Made by a program: the position numbers and the translations under genes. DNA of 64,000 nucleotides from Desulfatiglandales bacterium. GTDB taxonomy: Bacteria; Desulfobacterota; DSM-4660; Desulfatiglandales; HGW-15. The stretch spans positions 2,336,001 through 2,400,000 of the forward strand of contig CAXXJJ010000004.1 of assembly GCA_963667015.2 (NCBI GenBank), given 5' to 3'. This document shows, in pieces, positions 29,625 through 40,700 of this stretch. The stretch's first letter is position 1. Each line of letters starts with the position of its first letter. The notes under the pieces were generated by a model, which was given only the letters and a program-made list of their open reading frames with translations, was not told the origin of the DNA and did no database searches.

Positions 29625-31625
29625 ATGACAATATTAATTGTTGACGATTCACCTGTTACCCGGGAATTTTTAAGCAATACGCTTATAAATTGGGGATTTG
29701 ATGTATTTACCGCAAATGACGGCCTTGAGGCATTGGAAATTTTTAAAAATAATAAAATCCAACTTGTGATCACCGACTGGGTTATGCCCAATATGGATGG
29801 TCTTACCTTATGTGAAAAAATACGGTCATTGTCAGAAAAAAATTATGTCTACATAATAATGATTACATCTAATAATCAAAATAAAGATATCAACAAGGCT
29901 CTTGAAAAGGGCGCAGATGATTATATTACAAAGCCTTTTGAAATCGAAAGGTTGAAAGCAAGTATAAAATCAGCACGCCGCATAATATCGCTTACAGAGC
30001 GTTTAAACCGGGAAATCATACAGCATACAAATGCATCTGAAAGATTAAACTCTATCTTAGAATATTCTTCCGATATAATATACACACTTGATTTAAATGG
30101 CAAATTTACAAGTGTAAACAAAGTTGCAAAGGAACTTACCGGATACACAGAAAAAGAGCTGCTTAACTTTAACTTTAGAGACTTTATCCCGCCAGAAAAT
30201 CAGAATGAGATCCGCTATGTGTTCAGTTCAATAGTAAAAACCGGAAAAGTTTTAAAAAATTACCCTTTCAAAGTAATTATCAAGGATGGGACAGAAAGAT
30301 TTTTTGAAACAAGTGCTGGCTTGATGCGGAAAGGAAGAGAAATAACTGGGTTTCAGGGAAGTTCAAAAGATATCACTGACCGTGTAAAGGCATTAAAAGC
30401 GCTGGAGGAGAGTGAAAAGCAAAATCGTGTATTGATTGAAAACATGAAAGAAGGACTGTTGAAACTGGATGAAAATGGCATCCTGACCTTTGTTAATAAC
30501 AGTATATGTGAAATGCTTGGATATTCAAGGGAGGAACTTATTGGGAAGCATGCTCGGATGCTTCATGCAAAAGAGGAAAAAGAGACAATAGAAAATAGGA
30601 CAGAGCGAAGAAAAAAAGGGATGAGCAATTCATATGAAGTTAAGCATATAAACAAAGAAGGAAAGATTATTCCTACTATTGTGTCAGCTACCCCGATATT
30701 TAAATCAAACGGGGAATTCGAGGGCACGGTTGCTGTAATTACTGACATATCAGCAGTAAAACTGGCGGAACAGGAAAGGAAATCAATTGAAGCCCAGCTT
30801 CGTCAATCCGATAAAATGGCATCTATCGGTCAGTTGGCAGCCGGAGTGGCCCACGAAATAAATAATCCGACCGGATTTGTGAGCAGCAATCTGAACACCT
30901 TAGCTATCTATATTAAAGACTATAATAACCTGCTAAACAAGTACCGCAACTTAGTAAGACACCTTATGAAGGGTGAACAGATAACTGACCATATAGAGCA
31001 GATTCAGGATATAAAATCCATAGAAAAACGAATTGATATCGATTTCCGCATGGACGATGCATCAAGCCTGATCGATGAAAGCCGCGAAGGTACAGATAGA
31101 ATCGAAAAGATAGTCCAGGATTTAAAGGATTTTGCCCATCCGGGTGAAGATAAACCCAAATATGCTGATATAAACAAGTGTATCGAATCAACACTGAATA
31201 TTGTATGGAATGAAATCAAATATAAGGTTAAGATTATAAAAGATTACGGCACTCTTCCGGAAATTCTATGCTTCCCACAGCAGTTAAATCAGGTATTTGC
31301 CAACCTTTTTGTAAATGCTGCACAGGCTATTAAGAATGAGGGTGAGATCAATATAAAGACAGGTTTATTAAAAGAAAACATAGAAATTATTGTAAGCGAT
31401 ACGGGCACGGGAATATCAGAAGAAAACATACCCAAAATATTTGACCCTTTTTTTACAACAAAAGAAGTAGGAAAAGGTACAGGACTGGGCCTAAATGTGG
31501 CGTATAATATTATTAAAAAACACCGCGGTGAAATCACAGTTCAAAGCAAAGAGGGGCAAGGTACAACCTTTATAATAATTCTGCCCGTAAACAACACGGA
31601 TGAAAGTCTGAATTCAGGAAAGTGA
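29625..31625 (+). CDS. REC-PAS-PAS histidine kinase
   Basis: LIVDDS/ITDWVMP, two PAS, LAAGVAHEINNP, NLFVNA, GTGLGL. Confidence 0.93.
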   Translation: MTILIVDDSPVTREFLSNTLINWGFDVFTANDGLEALEIFKNNKIQLVITDWVMPNMDGLTLCEKIRSLSEKNYVYIIMITSNNQNKDINKALEKGADDYITKPFEIERLKASIKSARRIISLTERLNREIIQHTNASERLNSILEYSSDIIYTLDLNGKFTSVNKVAKELTGYTEKELLNFNFRDFIPPENQNEIRYVFSSIVKTGKVLKNYPFKVIIKDGTERFFETSAGLMRKGREITGFQGSSKDITDRVKALKALEESEKQNRVLIENMKEGLLKLDENGILTFVNNSICEMLGYSREELIGKHARMLHAKEEKETIENRTERRKKGMSNSYEVKHINKEGKIIPTIVSATPIFKSNGEFEGTVAVITDISAVKLAEQERKSIEAQLRQSDKMASIGQLAAGVAHEINNPTGFVSSNLNTLAIYIKDYNNLLNKYRNLVRHLMKGEQITDHIEQIQDIKSIEKRIDIDFRMDDASSLIDESREGTDRIEKIVQDLKDFAHPGEDKPKYADINKCIESTLNIVWNEIKYKVKIIKDYGTLPEILCFPQQLNQVFANLFVNAAQAIKNEGEINIKTGLLKENIEIIVSDTGTGISEENIPKIFDPFFTTKEVGKGTGLGLNVAYNIIKKHRGEITVQSKEGQGTTFIIILPVNNTDESLNSGK

Positions 31626-33394
31626 TATTTTTTCAAATTAGGAATGATTCAATACACCTTCAAATGAGAAAAATGGAAGAGATAATGAATACCAAGAAAA
31701 ACATTGAAGCTGCTCAGCAATTCCCTGATTTGACAGAACTGTTAACCGAAGTATTTGATAATGCCCTGATTGCTATTATTATTGCTGATACTGTTCCGGT
31801 TATCAGATATGTAAATCATGAGTTCACCCGGCTATTTGGCTATACACGTGAAGAGGCAACAGGAAAGCGTATTGCCGAGCTGATTTCGGTTGATGAAAAT
31901 TCAGTTAAACTCAAAGATATAAAAAAGCAAATAGCTTCCGGAAAGCGTGTTGAATATGAGACATTACGCCGAACAAAGGATGGGCGTATTATTCCGGTAT
32001 ATGCCAGGATATCTCCTATAATAATAAATGGTCAAAAAATAGGAGGGTATTCATTTTATAATGATATATCGAAAATAAAAGATGCGCAGGATGCAATACA
32101 AAAGGTCAATCAGGAGCTGGAATCAAGGGTTGAAGAAAGAACAAAAGCGCTTAAGGAAAGTGAAGGGAAATATAGAACAACAATTGAAAGTTCCCACGAT
32201 GGCGTGGCAATACTTCAAAATAATAAACATGTATATGTAAACAACAGCTTTGCAAGGATATTCGGGTATAATTCTGCTGATGAGGTTATAGGAAAAGGCG
32301 CTATTGAATTAATTCATCCCCATGATCTTGAATATATTATAAAAAGAGGAGAAAAGAGGCTTACAGGAGAAATAGGAGGTGAACGTTATGAACATCGCGG
32401 GATTAAAAAGAATGGTGAAATAATTTATGTTGAAGTATCGGTAACTAAAATAATTCATGATGGCAATCCCGCAACACTTGTCTTTACAAGAGATATATCG
32501 GAACGAAAAGAGGCCGAGACAAAGCTTGAAAAGGCCTATTCAGAAATAAAAGAAGCGCAGTCAAGGATTATTCAGCAGGAAAAGATGGCATCTATCGGAC
32601 AACTGGCAGCCGGAGTGGCACATGAGATAAATAATCCAACCGGTTTTGTGAGCAGCAATCTTAATACATTATCTGTGTATATCAAGGATTACAATAATCT
32701 GATAGCAAGTTATCGCGGCCTGATAAATATGATGGAACAGGACAGGCAGACAATCAAGTATACTGAACAGATCCAGGATATCAGGAAACTTGAAGAAAAA
32801 ATGGATATTGAATTCCTGATTGACGACATAGCAGGCCTGATTGAAGAAAGCTGTGAAGGAACAGAGAGGATAAAAAAGATAGTGCAGGATCTAAAGGATT
32901 TTGCCCATCCGGGCGAAGACAAGCCCAGCTATGCTGACATCAACAAATGCATTGAATCTACACTTAATGTTGTATGGAATGAATTAAAATATAAGGTACA
33001 GGTTGTAAAAGATTATGGGGCGCTTCAGGAGATATTATGTTTCCCTCAGCAGCTTAATCAGGTCTTTGCCAATCTTTTTGTAAACTCAGCGCAGGCAATC
33101 AATGATGAAGGTGAAATCAGGATTAAGACCGGTTTGTCGGGCGAAGAAATAGAAGTTATTATCAGTGATACCGGCATAGGGATACCAGAAGAAAATTTAA
33201 CAAAAATTTTTGAACCATTTTTTACTACTAAAGAGGTAGGAAAAGGCACTGGCCTGGGTCTTAATGTGGTATACAATATTATTAAAAAGCATAATGGGAA
33301 AATTTCAGTGGAAAGTAGGCAGGGACAAGGAACAACGTTTACCATAATACTGCCGGTAAACAATACTGATCAAAGCCTGAATTTAAATAAATAA
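31622..33394 (+). CDS. PAS-PAS histidine kinase (kinase core paralogous to the upstream gene)
   Basis: Two PAS domains, LAAGVAHEINNP, GTGLGL; start uncertain (31664-31685 more likely). Confidence 0.92.
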   Translation: MIFFQIRNDSIHLQMRKMEEIMNTKKNIEAAQQFPDLTELLTEVFDNALIAIIIADTVPVIRYVNHEFTRLFGYTREEATGKRIAELISVDENSVKLKDIKKQIASGKRVEYETLRRTKDGRIIPVYARISPIIINGQKIGGYSFYNDISKIKDAQDAIQKVNQELESRVEERTKALKESEGKYRTTIESSHDGVAILQNNKHVYVNNSFARIFGYNSADEVIGKGAIELIHPHDLEYIIKRGEKRLTGEIGGERYEHRGIKKNGEIIYVEVSVTKIIHDGNPATLVFTRDISERKEAETKLEKAYSEIKEAQSRIIQQEKMASIGQLAAGVAHEINNPTGFVSSNLNTLSVYIKDYNNLIASYRGLINMMEQDRQTIKYTEQIQDIRKLEEKMDIEFLIDDIAGLIEESCEGTERIKKIVQDLKDFAHPGEDKPSYADINKCIESTLNVVWNELKYKVQVVKDYGALQEILCFPQQLNQVFANLFVNSAQAINDEGEIRIKTGLSGEEIEVIISDTGIGIPEENLTKIFEPFFTTKEVGKGTGLGLNVVYNIIKKHNGKISVESRQGQGTTFTIILPVNNTDQSLNLNK

Positions 33395-33447
33395 TAATTG
33401 CACTCCGGTTAAGGAGATATTTCATCCATCTTCAAATAGGAAAAACT

Positions 33448-34788
33448 ATGGAACTAAAATATAAACATACAATACTTGTTGTAGATGATGAAGTTTCAAT
33501 CACCAAGTCACTTCACAGGCTCTTCCGAAAAGAAGGCATTAATGTAATTGAAGCAACAAGCGGCCCGGAAGCTTTGGATTTATTACAAAAACTGGAAAGA
33601 CCTGTATCAGGCATTATTTCCGATCAGCGCATGCCAAAGATGACAGGATCGCAGTTTATGAAGGAAGCAAAAACGTTTGCCCCGGATTCTTTCAGGATAT
33701 TATTAACCGGATATTCAGATATCGACGCCATTATTGAAGCTTTAAACATTGGACAAATCCATAAATATATTACAAAACCCTGGAAAGACAATGAACTTGT
33801 ATTACAGGTAAAGGAATCTCTAAAACAATATGAGCTTATCCTGGAAAACAGGAAATTAAACAATATAGTAAAGAGGCAGAATAAAGAGTTAAAGGAAATC
33901 AATAAATCTCTTGAACAGAAAGTTGCAGAACGGACAAAGGAAATAGAACAAAAAAACATTGAACTTGAACAGGGCCTCTTCAATACTGTAAGGGCCTTTG
34001 CGTCATTGATAGATAACAGCGCTCCTGAGATCGCCGGCCATGGAAGGAGAGTGAGTCTTTTCTCAAAACAGATAGCACAAATTCTTGAACTCTCGGAATT
34101 GGAGATTATGAACGTTGAGATTGCGGGGTTATTACATGATATCGGAAAAATAGGTCTCTCCCAAAAACTTTTATTAATTGACAATAAAAAGGTAACAGAA
34201 GAAGAAAAGGAGCAATATCAAAAACACCCTGAAGAAGGTCAGATAATTGTCAGGTTCATAAAAAAGCTCGACCATGTCGGACTGATTATAAGGTCTCATC
34301 ATGAAAGGTTTGATGGAAAGGGTTTCCCTGATCAACTTAGTTGTGACCTTATACCGATAGAGTCCCAGATAATTGCTATTTCGGACCGTTATGATAAAAT
34401 TGTATTTATGGGTATAGACAAAGAAAAGATTATAAAAGAGTATTTAAAGGAGCGTGATATAACAGGCGACCATTTGGCTCCGGATGCTCTTTTAAAGGCC
34501 GCGGCAGTCTCTTCTATCAAAAAAAATTCGTTCAGTGAATATGCTCCGGATGTTGTGAAGGCCTTTTTAGACGTTACAGAGAAACAGGGAGTGAGCGATC
34601 AGGACGACATTGAAGTGCCGTTAGATAAACTTTCCGAGGGGATGATACTATCAAGGTCTTTATATACCACGAATGGCAGATTCCTTTTACCCTACAATAC
34701 AAAACTGACGTCTGAACTAATCCATAAACTGAAGACTCTCCAGTCTCGCAGCCCGTTAATTATCAATAGTCTCCCCATTAAAAAGTAA
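33448..34788 (+). CDS. Response regulator with HD-GYP-type phosphohydrolase domain
   Basis: REC (VVDDE, ISDQRMP, KPW), HGRRV, LLHDIGKIG, HHERFDGKGFP, ISDRYD. Confidence 0.9.
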   Translation: MELKYKHTILVVDDEVSITKSLHRLFRKEGINVIEATSGPEALDLLQKLERPVSGIISDQRMPKMTGSQFMKEAKTFAPDSFRILLTGYSDIDAIIEALNIGQIHKYITKPWKDNELVLQVKESLKQYELILENRKLNNIVKRQNKELKEINKSLEQKVAERTKEIEQKNIELEQGLFNTVRAFASLIDNSAPEIAGHGRRVSLFSKQIAQILELSELEIMNVEIAGLLHDIGKIGLSQKLLLIDNKKVTEEEKEQYQKHPEEGQIIVRFIKKLDHVGLIIRSHHERFDGKGFPDQLSCDLIPIESQIIAISDRYDKIVFMGIDKEKIIKEYLKERDITGDHLAPDALLKAAAVSSIKKNSFSEYAPDVVKAFLDVTEKQGVSDQDDIEVPLDKLSEGMILSRSLYTTNGRFLLPYNTKLTSELIHKLKTLQSRSPLIINSLPIKK

Positions 34789-34806
34789 AAGATAAATGGA
34801 TAAAAA

Positions 34807-35658
34807 ATGAACTACAATGAAATGAAACAAAAACTCGATAAAATTGATAATCTTCCGACTCTTCCATCAATTGCAATAGAGGTTAATCAATTATTACAGG
34901 ATTATGACACGTCTATAAAAAAACTGAGCCTTGTCATAGAAAATGACCAGGCAATATCTTCAAAAATATTAAAGTTGGTCAATTCGGCATTTTTCGGACT
35001 TGGCTCAAAAGTCGGCAATATTCCTCATGCGATTACACTACTGGGATTTAACACTGTTCGAAATGCTGTTATTTCAGTGTCTGTTATAAAGGTATTATCG
35101 GATATTTCTGATATGGCTGACTTTAAAATTGGAGATTTCTGGACTCACTCCATCTCAGTCGCAGTTGCCAGTAAACGTCTAGCAGAAACAACACGACTCC
35201 ATAATCCGGATGACTGTTTTATTGGAGGGCTTCTTCACGATATAGGCAAAGTGGTAATGATTAATAATCTTAAAGCTCTTTTTAAAGAGGTATGGAAATT
35301 AAAAAAAGATGAGGATATCTCTTTTTTTGAAGCTGAAAAAAAAGTTGGATCAATGAATCATGCTCAAATCGGGGGTTATCTTGCCTCACGATGGAAGCTT
35401 CCTGCAGCATTATCAGATACAATAGCCAGGCATCACTCTATTTCTGAAATGGCAATTGATACAAATCTTTTAAAAATAATTCATTCTGCCGACATTATTA
35501 TCAACAACCTTGACTTAATAGATTCGGATTCACATGAGAAGCTGAATATACCTGATGACATAGCAGATAAGATCAGGGAAGAGCTCCAACCTGACAATGA
35601 ATGGCTTAAAACACTGAAGGCAGACATTGATGAAGCCTGTCATTTTTTTAAAGAATAA
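34807..35658 (+). CDS. HDOD-domain protein
   Basis: LPTLP, DQAISSKILKLVNSAFFG, AITLLG, FWTHS, GLLHDIGK, HAQIG..W.LP, HH. Confidence 0.93.
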   Translation: MNYNEMKQKLDKIDNLPTLPSIAIEVNQLLQDYDTSIKKLSLVIENDQAISSKILKLVNSAFFGLGSKVGNIPHAITLLGFNTVRNAVISVSVIKVLSDISDMADFKIGDFWTHSISVAVASKRLAETTRLHNPDDCFIGGLLHDIGKVVMINNLKALFKEVWKLKKDEDISFFEAEKKVGSMNHAQIGGYLASRWKLPAALSDTIARHHSISEMAIDTNLLKIIHSADIIINNLDLIDSDSHEKLNIPDDIADKIREELQPDNEWLKTLKADIDEACHFFKE

Positions 35659-35668
35659 GGAAAAGCCC

Positions 35669-36502
35669 GTGGAAAATGACTATACAATCTTAATCGTTGA
35701 TGATGAAGAAAACATTTTAAAGAGTCTCAAACGCCTGTTGCACATGGACGGTTATAGAATCCTGACATCTTTAACTTGTGAGGAAGGCTATAAAATATTA
35801 AATGAGAACGATGTACAGCTTATCATCTCTGATCAGAGAATGCCTAAATCCAGCGGAACAGAGTTTCTTTCAAAGGTCAAAGAAGATTTTCCCCATATAA
35901 TCAGAACTATCCTTTCCGGGTTTACTGATGTTAATACAATTACAGAATCAGTGAACAAAGGACATATCTATAAATTCTTTTTTAAGCCATGGAATGACAA
36001 CAATTTGAGACTCGAAATAAAACAATGCCTGGAGCAGTATGAACTTATTAAAAAAAACAGGGAACTTAATGAAATAGTAGTCAATAAAAACAAAGACCTC
36101 GAACTTATTAATGCAGAATTAAAAAGAATCAACGACAACCTGGAATCAATGGTAGAAAAAAGGACAAGAGATCTTGAAATCCAGAACCAGGCACTTGAAT
36201 TGTCACGTGCTATTTTTGATGATATCCCTCTTTCGGTGCTTGGTGTCAGTTCGGATGGCATGATTGTTTTATGTAACAATAAGGCCTCAGACATAACATC
36301 AGATAACATTTACTTTGAGACAGGCAGAATAATCTCTGAATATCTGCCGGAAAGTGCGAAAAAATTATTTGATAATTCATTAAATTGTGAGGAACCTGCC
36401 ACAATTGACAGCTGTACCATTATGGGAAAAGACTACAAAATATTAATTAAGCCTCTTTCTGGTCGATTCGAAGGAAAAGGAGCTACTGTTATAATTATAT
36501 AG
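35669..36502 (+). CDS. Response regulator (REC-coiled coil-PAS-like), no output domain
   Basis: LIVDDE, ISDQRMP, KPW; start placed at GTG 35669 after AAGGA (track starts at 35627). Confidence 0.88.
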   Translation: MENDYTILIVDDEENILKSLKRLLHMDGYRILTSLTCEEGYKILNENDVQLIISDQRMPKSSGTEFLSKVKEDFPHIIRTILSGFTDVNTITESVNKGHIYKFFFKPWNDNNLRLEIKQCLEQYELIKKNRELNEIVVNKNKDLELINAELKRINDNLESMVEKRTRDLEIQNQALELSRAIFDDIPLSVLGVSSDGMIVLCNNKASDITSDNIYFETGRIISEYLPESAKKLFDNSLNCEEPATIDSCTIMGKDYKILIKPLSGRFEGKGATVIII

Positions 36503-36576
36503 TACAAGCTATTTTAAGTTTAACTATTTAGTTTATACTGCAAAACTGATATAGTTTAAATTAACAGGAACCAGTT

Positions 36577-37431
36577 ATGGATACAAATTTTTCAAAAGAT
36601 GAATTGATCAAAGAAGTAAAGGATCTCAAAAACAAATACGACATTGGAAACAGACTGATTGACAGTTTATGTGAAAAAATCCAGGAATCAGATATACGGC
36701 AAAGAGAACTTGACGCATTAATGAATGGAGCGAAGGTAGTACTCGGGCAAAAAGGTTTTACCGAATCAGCGCGAGCTATCTTCGATTACTGCAAAGATCT
36801 AATCGGAGCAACTTCCGGTTATGTTGCACTTCTCAGTGAGTCTGGAGAGGAAAACGAGGTGCTTTTTCTTGAAGCAGGAGGGCTTCCCTGTGATGTTAAT
36901 CCTGAACTGCCTATGCCAATCCGTGGATTACGCGCTGAGTCATATCATTCAAATAAAGCTGTCTACCACAATGATTTTATGAACAGTGAATGGGTCAATT
37001 TTATGCCCGGGGGGCATGTTATCCTTAAAAATGTAATGTTCGCGCCTCTTGTGCTGGAGGGCAAAACTGTTGGCATAATCGGTTTAGCAAACAAGTTTAC
37101 AGATTTTAACGAAAATGATGCTAAAATAGCATCCAGCTTTGGTGAACTGGCTGCCATTGCGTTAGACAACAGTAATAATCTTGATAAAAGAATTGCCGCT
37201 GAAAAACAGCGTGAAAAAGTAATATCCGAACTTAACAAAGCCCTGTCTGAGGTCAAAAAGCTGAGCGGACTTTTACCTATATGTTCCTATTGCAAAAAAA
37301 TTCGTGATGACAAAGGATACTGGACTCAGATAGAATCCTATATCCATGATCATTCAGAGGCTGATTTCAGTCACAGCATATGCGATGAGTGCCTGATCAA
37401 ATATTATCCTGATCATGAACCTGAAACATAA
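36577..37431 (+). CDS. GAF-domain protein with C-terminal Cys/His (putative Zn) tail
   Basis: GAF (VMFAPLVLEGKTVGIIGLAN..FNENDA), tail LSGLLPICSYCKKIRDDKGYWTQIESYI..FSHSICDEC. Confidence 0.88.
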   Translation: MDTNFSKDELIKEVKDLKNKYDIGNRLIDSLCEKIQESDIRQRELDALMNGAKVVLGQKGFTESARAIFDYCKDLIGATSGYVALLSESGEENEVLFLEAGGLPCDVNPELPMPIRGLRAESYHSNKAVYHNDFMNSEWVNFMPGGHVILKNVMFAPLVLEGKTVGIIGLANKFTDFNENDAKIASSFGELAAIALDNSNNLDKRIAAEKQREKVISELNKALSEVKKLSGLLPICSYCKKIRDDKGYWTQIESYIHDHSEADFSHSICDECLIKYYPDHEPET

Positions 37432-37487
37432 TAAGATGGTTTATGTAACACATTAATCGTGAGACCTTAATTAAAAGGAATTGCGTA

Positions 37488-37625
37488 ATGACGGCCAATC
37501 TGATCAAAATATTTCATTTATATTCTTTGTGTCTGCCTGTTATTTTGTTTACATATCAATTTTTATTAACCCCGTTTGCACAGGCTGATCAACGCACAGT
37601 AAGGGTTGGCAACTTCGATATGTGA
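37488..37625 (+). pseudogene. 5' remnant of an exported / solute-binding-domain sensor gene
   Basis: AAGGA RBS, MTANLIKIFHLYSLCLPVILFTYQFLLTPFAQA-DQRTVRVGNFDM*: signal peptide with AQA site plus TVRVG strand, then abrupt stop. Confidence 0.55.
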
Positions 37626-37719
37626 CCGGGAAAGGATACTTGCTGCCGGAGCAACCGGTTACATCGAAAAGCCAATCAACCCGGATATCTTTGTGTCGCA
37701 GATAATCGGTTACCTGTAA
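37624..37719 (+). pseudogene. 3' remnant of a DivK/CheY-like single-domain response regulator
   Basis: DRERILAAGATGYIEKPINPDIFVSQIIGYL* matches the alpha4-beta5-alpha5 end of a REC domain; no start. Confidence 0.75.
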
Positions 37720-37747
37720 AAAACTTCCGATAATAAGGAGAATCAGG

Positions 37748-40700
37748 ATGAAAACACTTATAGTTGATGACAGAGAAGATAGCCGTTACCTGCTTGAGGT
37801 CCTGCTCAAGGGAAACAATCATGATGTTGAAACCGCAGTTAATGGCGCGGAGGCACTTGAAAAACTCAAAACCGGGAAGATTGATCTGATTATCAGTGAT
37901 ATCCTGATGCCTGTCATGGACGGTTTCCAACTGTGCCGGATAGTGAAATCTGATGAGAATCTTCAACATATCCCCTTTATTATTTACACTGCAACCTACA
38001 CCGGGCATCAGGACAAGGAGTTTGCTGTCAAAATCGGTGCTGACCGCTTCATTGTCAAACCCTGCGATCCTGATATGTTTATGCAGGCGGTTCATGAAGT
38101 AATTACCGCCACCCAAAACCCTGATACTGATTCAAAACCGATTCCCATGCATGAAGAAGAGTTACTCAAACTATACAATGAAAGATTGGTTAGGAAACTT
38201 GCGCAAAAGATGCTGATACTTGAAAAAGAGATACAGTTAAAACAGGAGTCAGAAAAAAAATTCAGATCAATTACCGAAAATGCCGTAGACTGTATCTTTA
38301 TAAAGGATAAGGATAGAAAATACACATTTGTCAATCGTGCAATGCAGAATCTATTGGGCCTGAAGGAGGAGGAAATTCTAGGAAAAAACCCTGATGAGAT
38401 TTTTGATCTTGAACAGGAGAAAATTGTTAAAGAGGTAGATGAAAGGACCATCTCAGGAGAAACTGTAAACGAGACACGAAGCATGATAATTGAAGGGAAA
38501 AAATATTTTTTAAATACCATTCAGGTACCCTTGAGAATGCAGAACGGAGCGGTAATCGAGATCATGGGGATTGTTAGAGATATTACCGAACATAAAAAAG
38601 CCGAGGCCGGTCTGATAGCTTCAGAGCAGAGATGGCGAAACATACTCATCAATACACCTCAAATCGGCATTTCGTTGAACCCGGAAGGGAAAATTATCTT
38701 TGCAAACATTCATTTTTTAAAGCTGACCGGCTGGAGCCAGGAGGAGGTGCTGGGATCTGACTGGTTCGATATGTTCATTCCAGAGACCATTAGAGAAAAA
38801 ATACGCGGGATATTTCACAAAATTATGAGACAAAAGAACACATCCGGATTTACTTCCTATGAAAACGATATAATGACAAAAAGTGGCGAACTGAGAAATA
38901 TATCATGGTCCAACTCCATAACAAAAGACGCCAAGGAAGAAATCATCGATGTTACATGCCTGGGTATCGATCTTACAGAACGCCAACGAGCCGAAAAGGC
39001 ATTGAAAGAGAGTGAAGAAAAATACCGCCTGCTTGTCGAGAACCAGAGCGACATGGTCGTAAAGGTGGATACCTCAGGCAGGTTTTTATTCGTAAGTCCT
39101 TCATACTGCCGGACCTTTGGTAAAACAGAGGACGAGTTACTGGGACAGCAGTTCATACCGCTCGTGCATGAAGAGGATCACGCATCAACCGCAAAGACGA
39201 TGGAAGCTCTCTATTCGCCTCCACACACTGACTTTTGGGAACAACTAACCATGACAAAGGATGGCTGGCGGTGGTTGTCATGGTCATATACTGCGATATT
39301 TGGCGAGGACGGCAACATCAAAGAAATTATCGGAGTTGGCCGTGACATCACAGAACGTAAAATCGCAGCTGATACAATAAGTCAAAGTGAAAATAAATTT
39401 CGTAGTCTGTTTGATCTTTCGCCACAGGCGATCGCACTTACAGATTTTAATACAGGGGAACTGATTGATGTCAACCACAAGCTCTGTGAATTAACTCACT
39501 ATTCTAAAGATGAAATCATAGGAAAAAGCACAACAGAAATCGGATTTTATTCCGACAAGGACAGAAATCGATTTATTAATGAGTTTCAAAAATCCGGGCA
39601 CATTAATGGAATGGAAATGAATTTTATAGCCAAAGACGACTCTGAAATTAAAACCTTGGCTTTCTCAAGGTTGTTAGATGTCTCGGGGCAATCTTTAATC
39701 CTGACTATTTTCCATGATGTCACATTTCAAAAAAAGCTTGAATCTAGTCTGCAGCAGGCACAGAAGATGGAATCCATAGGGAACCTGTCCGGTGGTATAG
39801 CACATGATTTTAACAATATTTTATTTCCGATTGTCGGCATATCCGAAATGCTAATGGAAGATTTTCCACCTGAAAGCCCGGAATACAACAGTGCCAGAGA
39901 AATATTTTTAGCAGCAAGAAGAGGCAGTGACCTTGTTAAACAGATTCTCGCTTTCAGCAGACAATCCGAACATCGTCTGATACCGGTCCGGATACAGCAA
40001 ATCCTCAAAGAGATTATAAATCTTAGCCGTTCCGCGATTCCGACTTTTATAGATATTGATTACAACATTCAGCAGAACTGCGGATTGGCGATGTCTGATC
40101 CTACACAGCTGCATCAGGTTGCAATGAACCTGATCACCAACGCCTACCATGCCCTGGAAGCTAATGGCGGGAAAATATCGGTGACTCTGAAAGAAACCGA
40201 ACTGGGAAATGAAGATTTCCCCGGTTCAGAACTCATCCCTGGAAAGTATGCAGAGATCACTGTCGCAGATACAGGTTGCGGTATCGATCCTTCATTGATG
40301 GACAAAATATTCGATCCTTATTTCACAACAAAGGAAAAAGGAAAAGGGACCGGGCTTGGACTCGCTGTAGTATATGGAATAGTAAAAGAACATCATGGTG
40401 AAATCAAAGTTTATAGTGAAATCGGCAAAGGTACTACTATTAAAGTATTCCTACCGCTTATGAAGACATCCAGTGAATCAGTACCTCATGAAATCAGACA
40501 AACATTAGAAACCGGAACAGAGCGAATTTTACTGGTAGATGATGAAGCGTCTATCGCAAAGGTCGAAAAATTAATACTAGAGCGACTCGGTTATCAGGTG
40601 ACAATGCGTGTGAGCAGCCTGGAGGCTTTGGAAGTTTTTAAAGCAAAACCCAATGCTTTTGATATGGTAATTTCCGACATGAACATGCCGAACATGACAG

